From assembly GCA_951406725.2 (NCBI GenBank), contig OX597818.1:48608001-48672000 (forward strand): a stretch of 64,000 nucleotides of DNA, read 5' to 3'. Within the stretch, counting starts at the first letter, position 1; each line of letters begins with the position of its first letter. The notes under the pieces are model-generated. The model was not told where the DNA came from and ran no database searches. It worked only from the letters and a program-made list of their open reading frames with translations. The DNA is from Octopus vulgaris. Taxonomy: Eukaryota. Below, in pieces: positions 37,641-52,800 of this stretch. The position numbers and the translations under genes are program-made.

Positions 37641-39819
37641 TTTAAAAGGCTAAAATCTCTTGTATTTGTTGGTTTGTCTGGCCTTTTCTATGGGATTATT
37701 ACATAAAATTGAGCTGGGGAGGGGCTGTGTGATAAGAAGTTTGCTTCTCAACCAATGGTTCCGAGTTCAGTCCCACTGCACAGCACCTTGGCTAAGTGCC
37801 TTCTACTATAGCCTCGGACTGACCAAAGCCCTCTGAGTAGATGTAGTAGATGGAAATTGAAAGAAGCCTGTTGTATATATGCATGTGTGTGTGTGTGTGT
37901 GTGTGAGTGTGCACATCTGTTCTCCCCACCACTTGACAACTGGTATTTGTGTGTTTACATCACCGTAACTTAGTGGCCTGACAATAGAAGTACCAGACTT
38001 AACAAAAAGAGAGTACTGGAATCAATTAATTTGACTAAAAATTCTTCAAAGCAGTGTGCTCTAGCATGACCAAAGTCTAATGAGTGAAACAAATAAAATA
38101 TCTGCAGAATCACCTGATCATACTCTTTTATTTACTGACATGGCCAAGCGGATAAGAAATTCACTATGCAACCATAGTTTCCGGGTTCAGTACCATCATC
38201 TTGAAGTGTCTTCTATCATAGCCTCTAGTTGGCCCAATGCCTTATCAGTGGAATTTAGTAGATGGAAATTCTACTGTACTCTTTACACAAAAACATGGTG
38301 TGTGCATGTGTGTTGAGGCACATGGCCTAGTGGTTAGAGAAGTGGACTCATAGGTTTGAATCTCAGACCAGAGCGATGTGGGTGTTCATGAGAGAAACAC
38401 CTAAGTTCCACGTGGCTCAGGCAGAAGGTAACGGCAAACTTCTGCTGACTCTTTCGCCACAACTTTCTCCTCCTGCATCTAGTGTCCCATCCAGGTGGGT
38501 AACCTATACGCCAATGAAACTGGAAAACCAGTCTTTATGAGCCAAGCATGGCTCGAGAAGCAACAAACAACATATATATATATCATCATCGTTTAACGTC
38601 TGTTTTCCATGCTAGCATGGGTTTGACGATTTTGACTGAGGACTGGCGAACCAGATGGCTGCACCAGGCTTCAAGCTTGATCTGGCAGCTGGATGCCCTT
38701 TCTAACGCCAACCACTCTGAGAGTGTAGTGGGTGCTTTTTACGTACCACCGGCACGGGGGCCAGTCAGGCAGTACTGGCAATGACCTCGCTCGAATATTT
38801 TTACACGTGCCAGTGAAGCGACGTTGGTAACGATCATGCTCGAATGATGCCCTTTTACAAGCCATGGGTATAGAAACCAGTTGGCTGCTCTGGCAACGAT
38901 CACACTCGAATGGTGCTCTTGGCACCCTACTGGCACAGGCATAGGGGTGGCTGTGTGGTTAAGAAGTTTGCTTCCCAATCACACGGTTTCTGGTTGTCCT
39001 TTTGTATGGGACCATGGGCAAATGTCTTCTACTATAGCCCTGGGCAAATCAAAGTCTTGTGAATGGATTTGGTAGGTGGAAACTGGAAGATGCCTATCAT
39101 ATGTGTGACGGAGTGTAAATGTATGATTGTGTCTCCTTGTCTTGACATTAAATTATTGTTGTAAATAAATGTCACTGTCACACAAGCAGTGTCATTTCCA
39201 ATATTCTGCAAAAGCATATCTGGCTATAAGGAAATATTACCTTGCTTGGAAACAGGTGAAAGTTGGTTACAGGAAAGGCATCTGGCTGTAGAAACTCCAT
39301 CTGCCCCATCTCAACTCCATCTGCCCCATGCAAGCATGGAAATGTGGATGTTAAAATCATTGAAAGAACTGGTAAATCAGTATTTCCAAATGAAGTGCTT
39401 TGTGATAGTTGTTCCATCCAAGTTGTACAAACAATTCCTATCAGAAATGTAATGAACTAGCGATTGACTTATTGGAAACCTGTAACCATTTTGTTGTTCA
39501 CAAAATGCAATATGAAATTAAAAATAAACACATTAAGTTTACTTTGATCTATGAATTAGCTTGTCATCAGGGTCGTGTTTATGATCAGTTGAAAGCTTTA
39601 ACTCTTATTTTCTGGTTAATGGAAAAAAAAAAGCCATCAGAAAGGTTCAATGTGGTTCCTTGATATATTAAGAATAACAACCAAACCTCCCTTAAATCAT
39701 TTTTAAAACAAGAAAGTACAGGAGTTTCAGGTATGGCAGCAAGGTCTAGAATCAAAAGGCCTTGGGGTTAACCTAGCAAAGACCAAGTCTTAATAAGTAG
39801 GGAAGCAAATAACTCACAA

Positions 39820-40600
39820 ATTCCCTCAGGTAGATGGCCCTGCACAATCTGCAGGAAAGGCGTAGGTAGAAATTCCATAAGATGAGCCTAGTGTAAGCTA
39901 TGGACACATAAGAGGTGCAGCAATATCAGAGGAAGGTTAACAGGAAAAATAGTTTTTTTGTGAGGTAGGTGCACAGGTACAATCACCACTATAAATATTC
40001 AGGAAATAGACTCCATCAAATGCCAGGGGGACTACTAGAAGTAGTCAATAGTTTCTGTTACCTAGGTGATTAAGTCAGTAGTGGGGCCGGAAGTTCCAAG
40101 AGTGAGGCTGTTATAATAAGAATAGGTTGGGCAAATTCCAGAGAGCTCCTACCTCTGTTGGTAACAAAGAGCCTCTCCCTCAGAGTGAAAGGCAGACTGT
40201 ATGATGCCTGTGTGCAAACAGCCATGTAACACAGCAGTGAAACATGGGCTGTGAGTGCTGAGGATATGCGGAGGCTTGAAGGAAATGAAGCTGGTTTGCA
40301 CAACTGGATGTTTAATGTCAGTGTGTATGTACAACAGAGTGTAAGCATCTTGAGAGAAAAGTTGGGCATAAGAGACATCAGATGTGGTGTACGAGAGAGA
40401 TGACTGTGCTGGTATGGTCATGTGATGCGTATGGATATGGACAGTTGTGTAAGGTTCCGATCTCTACCAGTAGAAGGAAGCTGTGGAAAAGGGAGACTCA
40501 GTAGTGAAGCATGATTTTCAAATGTTGGGCCTCATGGAGGTAATGACTAGTGGCCAAAACCTTTGGTGATATGCTGTGCTTAAGACCTATCAAGCCAAGT
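39820..40600 (+). mobile_element. Degenerate RTE LINE fragment (Cys-finger and C-terminal region)
   Basis: Recognisably similar to the reverse complement of 29700-30470 (e.g. GGCAAATTCCAGAGAGCTC, CAGTGAAACATGGGCTGTGA), with stops and frameshifts. Confidence 0.75.
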
Positions 40601-42519
40601 TAAATCATAGCTGAGGTTATTATTGGTGGTTGCTGTTGCTGTTGAGTGAAGCGGTCTTTGTCCCTAGTGGTAGAAGTCCGAAATGTGGTCCTTTTCTATT
40701 CGTAAGACCCGCAGAAGAGATAGCAGGTCAACCCCCGACACCGAGAGCATCGACGGATGGATGAATGAATGCACATCCAGGCTCAGCGGTTGCCTAGGAA
40801 GTCGGGGATAAGAAACAGGAAGAAAGAGGGAGAGAAAGTTGGGTCGAAAAAGTACAACAGGGGTCCCCCCTCCCCTGCCAGAGCCTCGTGGAGCTTTAGG
40901 TGTTTTCACTCAATAAGCAAACACAAATCGAAACCGCAATCCTCCGACCGCGAGTCCGCTGCCCTAACCACTGGGCCATTGCGCCTACATTTGTTATTGG
41001 TGACTCGTAAATGGTACCTACCAAGCATTGGCTTTCACAGAGGCAATGTGGATGATGCCGGTGGTACATAAAAAGCACCTTCTGAGTACTGGACCTCATG
41101 GAGGCAATGACAAATGATGTGGTTGAGAAGACCCATTAAGTCAAGTGAAATCATAGTCATAGCAGATAGTGGTGTCATGCAAACTGACACCTGTTGCAGT
41201 GGCACATAAAAGCACCCATTACACTGAGTGGTTAGCATTAGTAAGGGCTCCAGCCATAGAAACCAACTAACTAGAATCTGGTGCAGCTCCTCAGCCCTAG
41301 TCAAACCATCCAACCCATGCCAGCATGGAAAACGGACATTAATGATGAGACTGAAGCAATATGATTAAATCCCCTTTATTGTTAAGATTGAAACTCCTAT
41401 AGTTGTTCTATTGAAGAGAATGTCCAGTATGTTGTTAAACCCCAATCTTCATTATGATTGAAAGCATTCCAGATGTGACCAGCTCATTATTTTCCTCCCC
41501 AAGATATATATCCAGTACCTTGTTTTAAAAGAGACTTAAAGGGAGATTTGGTTGTTATCCCCAATATATGAAGAAACCATATTGAACCTTTCTGATGGCT
41601 TCTTTTTGCCTGGAGTACATAACGAAATTGGTTTAGCAATGAACAAAGTCTGCATATTTGAATGACACTAATTCAGTGCAGTCATGTACCTACTAGACTT
41701 TAACCTCTCAACACCTATCATAGAGCCACCTTCCTTTCAACTATAACTCCATTCAGTGAAGGGTCTCACGCATGCCAGCATGGAAAGCAGACGGAAAATG
41801 ATGATTAGTCACATTTCAGCTGGTGTGCCTATAACCAAGACAACAACATGAATTTCAATACACTGGTGTATTAATTCCTTATCTCAGAAAATCCACACAA
41901 GATTATCTTTATTGAAACATCACTTAAATGTGAAAATCCTTTGTTGCTTTTACAATATATCTATTATTCTATGACACACTCTACAGTCAAGATGAGAATT
42001 TTCAAAATGTTTCCCTCATTTGAACTTGATCTGTGTAGTTGAGAGGCTTGCGGCTAATTGTAAAGAAAGAAAAAAAATTGGTTTAATACTGATACCATGG
42101 ACTCAAGTTGATAGCTATCTCTTTTGAGCCTGTTTTAGTCAATGATTTTCAGACAGGTACTTTAAAACCAAGGTATATTTATTTCCACGTTTTCCTAAAC
42201 ACAAGCACTATCATCAATGTGACCTCTCTGATACCCAAAGATATCTTTGATCTGAATTCTAAAGCTTTCAGCAAAAAGAAAGTTGATAATGAAAACCATT
42301 GGAAAGTTATCTTCAAACGCATACAATATTGAAATAAAGATACTCCCTTATTCTATACCTGTAGTCATTTGGAAAAGATCAAATGTTTACCTAGAATGCA
42401 AATTTGAACAGGCCCCTGAACACCTTAGGAAGAATACAAAGATTGTTATCTCCTGAAACAAATGTAATACTAAGAGAATTCACTAAAAATTTTATCAACA
42501 AGAAAACTTTTCTAATTAG

Positions 42520-42719
42520 GCGAGCTGGCAGAAACGTTAGCCTGCCGGGTGAAAAGTTTAGCGGTATTTCGTCTGCCGCTCCGTTCCGAGTTCAAATTTG
42601 CCTTTCATCCTTTTGGGGTCGATAAATTAAGTACCAGTTACACACTGGGGTCGATATAATCGACTTAATCCGTTTGTCTGTTCCCTCTATGTTTAGCCCC
42701 TTGTGGGCAATAAAGAAAT
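42520..42719 (+). mobile_element. SINE family B with 20-bp TSD
   Basis: AAGAAAACTTTTCTAATTAG at 42500-42519 and 42720-42739. Confidence 0.88.
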
Positions 42720-45700
42720 AAGAAAACTTTTCTAATTAGTAATTGTCTTATATATATATATATGAATTCACTCCATATTCTTAGTTTCTTCAACCCTACA
42801 ACACAAATTGATGGAAGCTTTCTACATTTAGAAATTCCAATATAGCAATAATATTGCATTTCATTCAATTATTATACTTATACCCTTAAAATATTCCAAG
42901 AGCTATTAAGTGTTGAAAAAACAGAGCAATGTTGCTTTTCTCTTCCTTTATCCATCTTCCAATCCTTTTAACTGCCAGTCCATTTTGTAAATGTAGGTAT
43001 TGCATCAAAGACTTTAATCATTACTATCTTAAATATGCCAACACAAAACGAGACATTTAAATCTCAAACTAACAACTATAGCGTAAGACTAAATCTGTAC
43101 AAATGTTATGAACAATTATTAATGATTGAGTGAGGTTCGCCTTGAAGGTAGATTGAATTACGCTGAAAATATTTCGTGAATAAAATTATGGTATGCAGGT
43201 ACTACAAACGAACGGGTTAGTACCCGAGTGCAAGAGTGAATGACTAACATTTGCAAAATGAAATTACATGGTTTATCAATACAAGGGAGGTAAAAACTAT
43301 AGTTAAGTACAAGGGAAATAACTATGTTTGACACTGAACATTATCTTGCATCCTGATAAAAATTATTGTAAACGGACAGTTAGTGATTATAGCATTTGCT
43401 ATTTCCGGTTCCTTACCAAACGAAATTTACACTTAGAATCTTCAAACCAGCAGAAAAGTCAGTCTGAATTTTGCGGTGGAGAAAATTCAGCAGGTATTCT
43501 GAGAGCATTGTAAACGGTAAAAACTGTTTGGAAAATGTTGAGAGATCAGTTACATGATGCTTGTGTGCGAAGTGTGATGTTGCATGATATGGAAACACAA
43601 GCACTGAATAAAGAGGACATATACTTCATTATTAATGGACTTGAAGCTTAATATTCAAAATAATTCTGGCTGAATAATAAAATCATACACTTGTAATTAG
43701 AAACATAATCTATAGCAGAGTGTCAAATTTAAATAGGAAAGTTAATATTTATAAATATGAACTGGAACAATAATTATTATAGTTTGATCAATCCTCAACT
43801 TCACCTCCATCAGCTGTAGTCACTGTATAGAAATAGAACAGGAAAGAGTGTACAACATATCTAGACTGTCACACTGAACTCCCATATATTTATATACTGC
43901 ATGTCAGAGACTGTGTAGTGGTGTTGTCTAGTTTTTCTGTAACAATAATGTGAGTTGGACCTAGGATATCCTGGCAGATCAGTGGCTACACAATAAAAAT
44001 ACTGTATTTATTATTCCAACACACTGCAATGTAGTTACATAGAACCCATTCTATATGCAAAAAGCATACTGCATTCCAATGCGTTGGTTTGTTTACTGGA
44101 ACTGGTGATGTGTAAGAGATCAAATACACGCATGGTGTCACTGATCAGAATGAAAGAGAGAAACAAGGTTATTTGCTGACAAAGAAAAGCACGACAAAAA
44201 AAGTCTAGAGAATGACAGAATATTTACCTTTTTTAATGTTTCAAAATATTAGTCTTAAGTGAACATAACAATAAGACAACAATACTTTATCCTGTAAACA
44301 AGAGATATCTGGAAGGAAATGGAAAAACAATCCAAGTGCATGTTGTAAATGGTTCAATTGAAAATATTGAAGAGGTAAAAAAACAAAAAGAGAAAAAGGT
44401 TGAAAACCTCATTATTGTGAAATAAACTAAAGTGTAAAACAGAACTGCTTCATCTTCTGCATAACTCGTTAGCAAATTGAGGAACATTTTTTAAACACAA
44501 GTTGATATATAACTATATGAATGATATTAAGTTTCAATCATTATATAACTGATGCGCATTCATATATATGTGTGTATATATACATATAAGTATATATACA
44601 CATATACACACACAACCTCACATACACGCATGAAGCATTAACACAATTTTTATCTTCAAAAGGATGATGGTGAATGCTCATACACATATGAAACTGAAGG
44701 GAAAAGTGTTTTCAGAATGTATAAAATATTTTTGGTACTGTCCAGGGAGTTTTTTTTTTTCTATTTAAAAAAAAAAAAAAAAATGCAAATTTCTAATGAT
44801 TGATTAGCTGAAGTAATAGTGAAAATTAACATTCCACTGCAGCTATTGGATTATGTCGTTCAGTAAAGTATTTTGTTGTCTTTAACTAGCATGTTTCCCT
44901 AAATGAGAAAGAGAGCCAAAGACAAAATGGCAGAAAGGGGGAAAAAAAAAAAAAAAAAAGAAAAAAAAGACACCCTGCATTTCCTCATGGAAGCTAACAA
45001 AAATATAACCGACTCAAAGAAAATATGAAACCTGATAAAAATCTGCTAAATGCATATCAAAATTAAAAGAGTATATAAAGTAGAATGAAAGATAAATTCA
45101 TTAAATAAATAAAAATTATTAAAGTGAGAAGTAGTTTACAAACAAAAAATACTGTGAAAAGCATCAAAATGAAAGCATATTTTAGACTGAAATTTTGTGT
45201 TGTACAAAGTGTAGGAATATTATTTTTGAGGACATTAAACAAGGGTATAAAAAATTAAATGTCAAAATGCAAACTTAAAAAAAAAACTGATAAAAATAAA
45301 AGATGGGTTTAAACCAATCTTTTTTTTTCTTGCAAATTTCTAGTCATTTAAGGTTGCTTATATATTTTTACAAGTTGGGCTGTGATGTGATTCCTTTACC
45401 ACTCTCTTTTAAGAATCTGATAAAAATATAATTTTTTTTACATAATAGTTAGTATTTCCCACTATTAACCCTTTTGTAGCTACCACTATCAGAAGGAATA
45501 TTTTTATTTCTTTCAATACATCATACAGTTTGATTAGCAAATGAAACAGTAAAAAGAGTAATACTGTGGACTTCAAATAATTCTGCAATCTACCACCCCA
45601 CTTTATTCAGTAATCATTCATAAAAAGATTTAAACTGCCTAGTTTTAGCGTTTTCTGAGATAATGGAGCAGACAGAGAAACAAGAATTCTGGTAAACAAA

Positions 45701-46660
45701 TGGCAAAACAGTGGCACCTAATATTCTGGATGGAAAGTATGATGATAGTAGTGCCATATGTGCAAACTGTCAATATTTCCAACCTGATTAATAAATGCCA
45801 GTCTATTTCAATAATTATGCGAGAAAGCTTTATAATCTTACAAGCACAGATTTATTCCCATGCTTTTCATTAACATTCACTTTAGAAAAGCATCCTGATT
45901 ACATATGCTAGACATTTAAACAACATTATTCAAGGCCTAAAAATTGCATCGGAATTAACATAACTTTAAATTAAATCTATAAAAATCCTTAGCTTCAGTA
46001 GTCCAGCTATGATGAAAATCTGATGCAATTTCAAATACTCTATACTTAATGAATACATAAAAGAAACCAATATTCAAATGAGACTGATCCAATGACTTTA
46101 GCTGATAATGTCAGGATTACAGTTGTGTTCTTATTGATCAACAGTCAATAATAAATGTGTCTATTGAAAGTGGATTCAATCACTCCTTTCATATAATAAA
46201 TCAAATGGTTTTGCTAAAAGTTTATGACATAAAAGTAAGTAGATATATATCAAACTAATTTTATTAGTTGATGGATGACAAGTATCAAACACATTTTTGT
46301 AAGAAAAAGAAAGTAATATGATCTGGTCTATGGCACCTGCATCTCTCTCTCTCTCCATCATACATATCTCATTTTGCTAATGTAGAAGGAAAGTTAAAAT
46401 GATTTTTTTTATATGAAAGCAAAGAAACATTCACAGGTATAAACAATACAGGCAATACTGAAATTTCTTTCATTTCACTATATTAAAATCACTAAACACT
46501 CAGGAAATATTTATTTAAGAATTGTGTTGCCGTTTGCCAGTACTTAAAGGTAAACTATGGTTTGTTTGAATTCTAATAATCGTCAGTTTGCTCTCATGAT
46601 TGAGAATAGTAATTATCACCTAAGAAACTGGGTTTCTAGATTCAGTGTTATCTGCATTAA

Positions 46661-46879
46661 CCCTTTAGTATTTAAACCGGCCACATCTGGCCAAAATATT
46701 TTATCTGCTTTACGTTCAAACTGACCAGATCCAGGCTCTCACACCTACCCCACAATGTTAATCTACATTAGGTAATTACACATTCAAGATCTTGAAGATA
46801 TGAGATAATGCATGATTAATTCAAATCAATGGGAATCAATAAGCATTAGGTTTGATAGAATAATTTGAACACTAAAGGG
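46661..46879. mobile_element. piggyBac-like MITE, family 2
   Basis: TTAA TSDs; CCCTTTAGT...ACTAAAGGG; internal sequence similar to 15658-15877. Confidence 0.85.
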
Positions 46880-49800
46880 TTAAACTCTCCTATAAACAGC
46901 ATCAAAGCAAATATCTGAGGGTATCGAAAACACAGCAAAACTATTGTCCAGGTTTAAAATGTGGTTATGTGATTTCTGTAATGGGACGGTTAATATAAAA
47001 TACTAAGAGATGAAAACCGAATTGTGTAGAGTTCAAAATGTTTGAATAACAAGAATAATGTTATGTGTTTGTAGAAAAAAAAAAAAATCTTGGAGATTTT
47101 ATCAACAAAATAGATTTAAATGAGAAAAGTTGAATTTTATAGAATATTTTCAATTATGTGCATATGTTTGTTGTATGTGTGAGTGTGTGAAAGAGAGCAA
47201 ACCGATTTCCTTCCAGAATTATAAAATTTCGATTTATATCAACTTCCCTTTGAAAAAGTTACAAAGAGTAACAACAAAGTCGTTCTTAAAACAATAAGAC
47301 AATGCCGGCCCCTCTTTTCTGATGAATAGGCATGTAAAAAAAAAAACAAAAAAAAAAAAAAACAAACAAAAAAACAAATGACAACTGAGAAATCTATTAA
47401 CTATTTTGAAAATAATTTATATTCAGTAAAATTAACAAAAAAGATGTTGCACTGGCATTAGTTTGGATCCATTTTTTGTTTCTTTGTTTTAAAACAAACT
47501 CTTTGATAATTATATTTCGAATAGATAATAGCATTCTTTTTGACTTTTTTTTTAAAGATAAAAATTTACTTTAATATGGAATTAACCAGGTTTTCGGGAA
47601 TTAATTCCACAGAAGTAAGTATTGATGACAATTTAGCAATAACTGAAGAAATACATAAAACCTTAGGGTACAGTGGATGACATAACAAAATACTTTTGGG
47701 ATATTCCAAGCCATATTATAGCCTCTAAGAGCTGTTTTTGAAACTTTCAATCCCAAAGCGTTAGTGACAACATCACATGACCATAAGAGTATTGTTTGAT
47801 TATGATAACGATTATGTGGTTAACAATATGAGGTGAGGATGATCCAAATTCCTGAGGACATTGAAGTAGAAAGAACTGGTGAAAGCAAAGAACTCTATAG
47901 CAGGTTCTTTAGTGCTAATAAGGAGTTCAACGTTTGTCCAAATTAAATTTGGATCACTTCATAACAATGTGATCAATACTCAAATAGCGTACATGACAGT
48001 CATATTCCTTGCTTTAGATTATGAAAAGATTTTATACTTCTTGAAGTTATTGTTAAAATAAGATGAAATACTTTTATGAACACTTCATATTTGAATATTA
48101 AAAGTTATCTAAATATCTATTATTTCCCTAGCAACAGACAAATATGACCAACAGATATTTACAATAGAGATCAAATATAAAAAAGTGTCTCAAATTAATT
48201 TATCATTCAAGCAATATTTATGGGATATTTTTGTTAGAGTTCAAATGGTAGAGTGATTTGGCAGACCTGGGTATATCCATTATAATTGAGAAGACGTACA
48301 TTAAAGATTTTAAAGAAAACCCCTTTCTAGAAGATTTGACCATATTTTTGATCAAATATCATTGCAAAACATGAAGAGTGAAATAACATTTTTGTACCAA
48401 CTTGTTGTTTCAAAACATTTGTCATATGATGTGTGATTGTGTATGAATGCATACATATATCTGATTTTTCTGGTACAATGTTCTGATTAGCGTTATCACA
48501 ACCAAATAAAAATGCCATAATGATCTAAGGATAATTAAATATTGAATTAAAAATTGAAAAGTATTCAATAAGAACATTAGTAAATTTCCTGATTATTATA
48601 TAATTATAAAACAGCTGTGGATATATGGAATTCAACCAAATTGGAAGAAAAAGAAAAAGAAATTACAATCAACAATGCACTTAAAGAATGTATTGATTCT
48701 ATAGATTATTAGTCTCAACAAATAACTGTAATATTCAAAGTACATATGTTTAAATGTATACAAGAATCTAATAGTAAAATATCATTTCCAACACATTTTA
48801 ATTCACTTGGTTCATAAGTCACACAAAACTTTTAACAATTTATGGAAGTTTTTTGATATTTCCTTATTCTAAACAACCTGCATATAAGCGTAATATAATA
48901 CCATTTCTGTCTATCATAGAATTCACACCAAATATTTGAAAAAACATAATGCATACGAATATAACATATATTTGAGCAGATAATAATAGTGTATTGTGTG
49001 CATAAGCTATTCCCACAACAACAAAAGATGTTTTCCCTCCATCATTAAATCCAACAAATTTGTCACAGAAATTATAATCATTACAATCATAAAATGCTTC
49101 ATACTTTATTGGAATTTTTTTTTTCTCTCAAATAAAAGGAAACCAGTGGAAATGAAATAAAAATGCTAGATATAATAATGTTTATGCCCTAAGATAAAGA
49201 ATATCACTATATAAATGCTGTGAAGGATGATGTACAACAAATATTCCACATCAACAATTAACAGAGGAATATGTGTTGCTTGCTTGTTGTTTGCTATGCA
49301 TGAAGATGTAATGAAATAGCCAACAGCAGAAATGAAATTAAATAAAAGACTAAATTGTTTTTCTCATTACATATATAAATCCACAGGATCTCCTTAATGC
49401 AGATTAAATACTGAAGCCTCTTATAAGTCGTAATGTTAAAAGGTAAAGCAATAAGGAAATGAAGGGAAATTAGTTCCTTAATGAAATAATGAAAGTTTTC
49501 AATAGTTATTTTGTTTTCACATGGAATCAAAATTTCATGGAATTAATGGAACTTGTAGAAAACATTTCAAAATAATAATAAAAAAAAAAAAAATTATAGT
49601 GACAGAAGGAAATAAAAAAATATTTTTCTCAGAAAGTTAATAAATAACAATGAGTTTAAAAAAATGATATATGTGGTTACAAATATGTCATAATAAAATG
49701 GAAATTAAAAGTTGTAAACATGCTATTCTTCATATATTAATAGTTTTATGAATGACCAGAATAAAAACAAAAATAAAATAAAATGAAAATTAATGCAGTT

Positions 49801-52800
49801 CTACATAGAAGCACATAGAACAGTAGTTTAAATCTGTGATATATTTTTTCCACATAGAAAAGAGATTTTACCAAAGAAGCAAATACTAGTTTTCCTTATT
49901 AAACACAAATGTTTCAAATTTTCAGTAATGACTGTGAGATATATTTACAAGATAGGCACTCTCAAATGACTGCAACAACTAGTTTTACATTGCCATTTCC
50001 CCAAAATTTGCAATAGAAAATAATGTGTTTTAGTTAATTAGAAATAATAATTAAAAACGATTTTATCAACTAGTTTGTAAAAATGTATTCGAATACAAAA
50101 ATCATATCTAAAAACATGTACACTGAAATTCTACCTTAATCAAATGTCAATACTTAAAATAGGCATAGATCATGATAGCTCATTAAAAAATGTATTTAAG
50201 AAAATTGTATAACCTTGTCAGCTATAATAACAAAACATGAGAACATTTTATAGAAAGAAACCTACAATACTTAGAACTACATTATGAAATACTATGGCAA
50301 ATTTCACGAGTTCTATATACCTAGTCATTGATCTCTATGCAATTATAGAGCAGAATCCTACAGAACAAGTTTATATAGTTGACTATTTCACAGTTATTAA
50401 CACTTATGTAAGAATAATAAAAAAAAAAGGTGGCATGTTTTCTCAAAGGAAATCTAAAAAGTAACTGTGTAGATAGATAAGTTCTTTTAATGGTAAAAAT
50501 CTTCAATATACTTTTGTTTTTGTAAAAAATAAACTTTCCATCAAACTCATATCCATATATTATCTAGTTTATATTTTTTTATGAGAACCATGTAGGCATT
50601 ATGTATTTCTCTGAATATATACGCTAAATACAAATGTCAACAAAGATTACTTATGTAGATAAAGAAAATGAAAGAACTCACAATTTTTAATTGTTAGTTG
50701 GATGCACAAATTAAAATTATGAAGACTTGCAGTAAGCAACAGCTTTATGATTAGTAAATATGTGTACATCTGTAGTGTGAAGATCTTAACAAAATGTTGA
50801 ACAAGATTAATTAATATGAACTAAATGTAAAATATCCTGAATTTTTATTGCATCAGTAAATATATTTAGAAGACAAATGAAAGCAACAGACTGTCTTCTC
50901 AAAATTGAAATAGTTGGCCTTGAAATTCCAAGAAAGAAAGCATTGCTGATTAAAAAGGAAACATAAATGGAACAGTATGATGTTTTATAAAATTCTTTAA
51001 AAGGGAACAGCAACATGACAAGGAGGGATATATTATCAACAAATAACATACTTATAATTTAATTGTTATAATTCAATGAAGGCTTTAGAGATAATCTTGA
51101 AAAGCATTTAAAACTTATTTTGTGAGAGAAGACACAATTATATTGTTATAATTTTATGATAATATGCACCATCATGTTAATTTGCATATATGAACTTTAA
51201 ACAACAGAAACCAAACATTGACAAAATATGAAAAGGTGTGTGTGTGTGTGTGTATGTGGGGGGGATATAATTTATATTCTTTTTTATTGAACCATAAATA
51301 ATTTCTAACAGTGTCAGCCAAGAAAGATTGTCATGGCAAGCCTTTTAATTATGGTTTTAATAATTTTAAAATTTGAAGGAAAACAATTTAATAAATGATT
51401 TAATAGGTTATATATTAAATCTATATATATATATGTATATATATATAGAGGAATGGTCTTCCTAGATTAAGTGACTATAAAACGATGAGTATATTTTGAT
51501 TACAAGCAAGTAATTATATTTGTCATAGCACTGTAATTATTGCCATCTTCTGTAATAAGAGTTCATACACTTTGGCACAAAACATTAGAAATCAAGTGTG
51601 AAGAACAAGATTATAAAGAATGAATTAAATTAAAAAAAGAAAGTTTTCTAAACTCCTAACATAAAACAGGAAACTGTTTTTAGGACAAACACTCACTCAA
51701 GACAAAGAAAACAGGAAAGTAATTTTTTAAATCGGACAAGAAATAAGAAAAATGTTAAGCTTGAGAACACAAGGATCTGACTCACTAAACTAAACATTTT
51801 ATGAATACACACACATGTTTATGTATAAATATATATACATGTATATGTAATTGTAGGTTACATATGTAGACTTGTTTGCATATAGTTTATGTGTATACAT
51901 ATAAATGTATTATAAATGAATATAAAAGTATTACAAACACAATATACAACAACACATTATACATACATATATATATGTACACACACACACACATGTGTGT
52001 ATGTGTATATATACACACATATATAATGTTATACCTATGTACAAATGCATATACACATTGACACATAGAAAAAAAAATGATTTTTTTTTAGTGGGTAATG
52101 TAAATGTTCATAAATATTTTAATTCCTCAATATAGAATTGTTAATTGTAAGTTATCTAATTAGCTTATGATAATATATATATACACACTTTTTCATTATT
52201 TCTCTCACTGTCTTTCTCCTAATGTATTATTATGTTTGACATCAATGGCACACAGCTACAAAATATGTTCTCGATTTTTGCACATGTTCAACTACATATT
52301 ACTCCACATCAGATGTGGCTCAATGACACCTATATACTTGATAAACATCAAACATTTAATGAAATGCTATGTCCAGTAGAGCGGTCATCCACTTCAAATG
52401 TACAGACTCTAGGAAATAAACTAAGTACTCAGATATTTCTATATAACTAAGTATAACCAACACAATAGTATTGATGTAGAATCATAGTAGCGATTAAAAC
52501 ACACATGCACGTGATATACTCACATCTGCATTATTATTTTTGTAATGATAGCGAGTGTATATAATATATATGTAATTTATACACATCTATTATTAACATG
52601 CTATCATTACAAAATTACAACAGAAAAATATAAAAGTATGTATATGTTTTAAATAGTTAGTATCATTCTCCCATGATGCAATTATTTTAATTTCAATACA
52701 ATCTCAGATTAAATCATTTGTGAAATAAGTGCAGCTCATAAATTTAACTAAGACAGGATAAAAAAAAAAAGAAAAAAGAAAAAAAAAAAAGAAAAGAAAA

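Noticed and set aside
46009-46088. Box C (ATGATGA) and D (CTGA) motifs suggesting a C/D snoRNA
   Set aside because: No terminal stem, no recognisable rRNA antisense element and no plus-strand host intron; such motifs are expected by chance.
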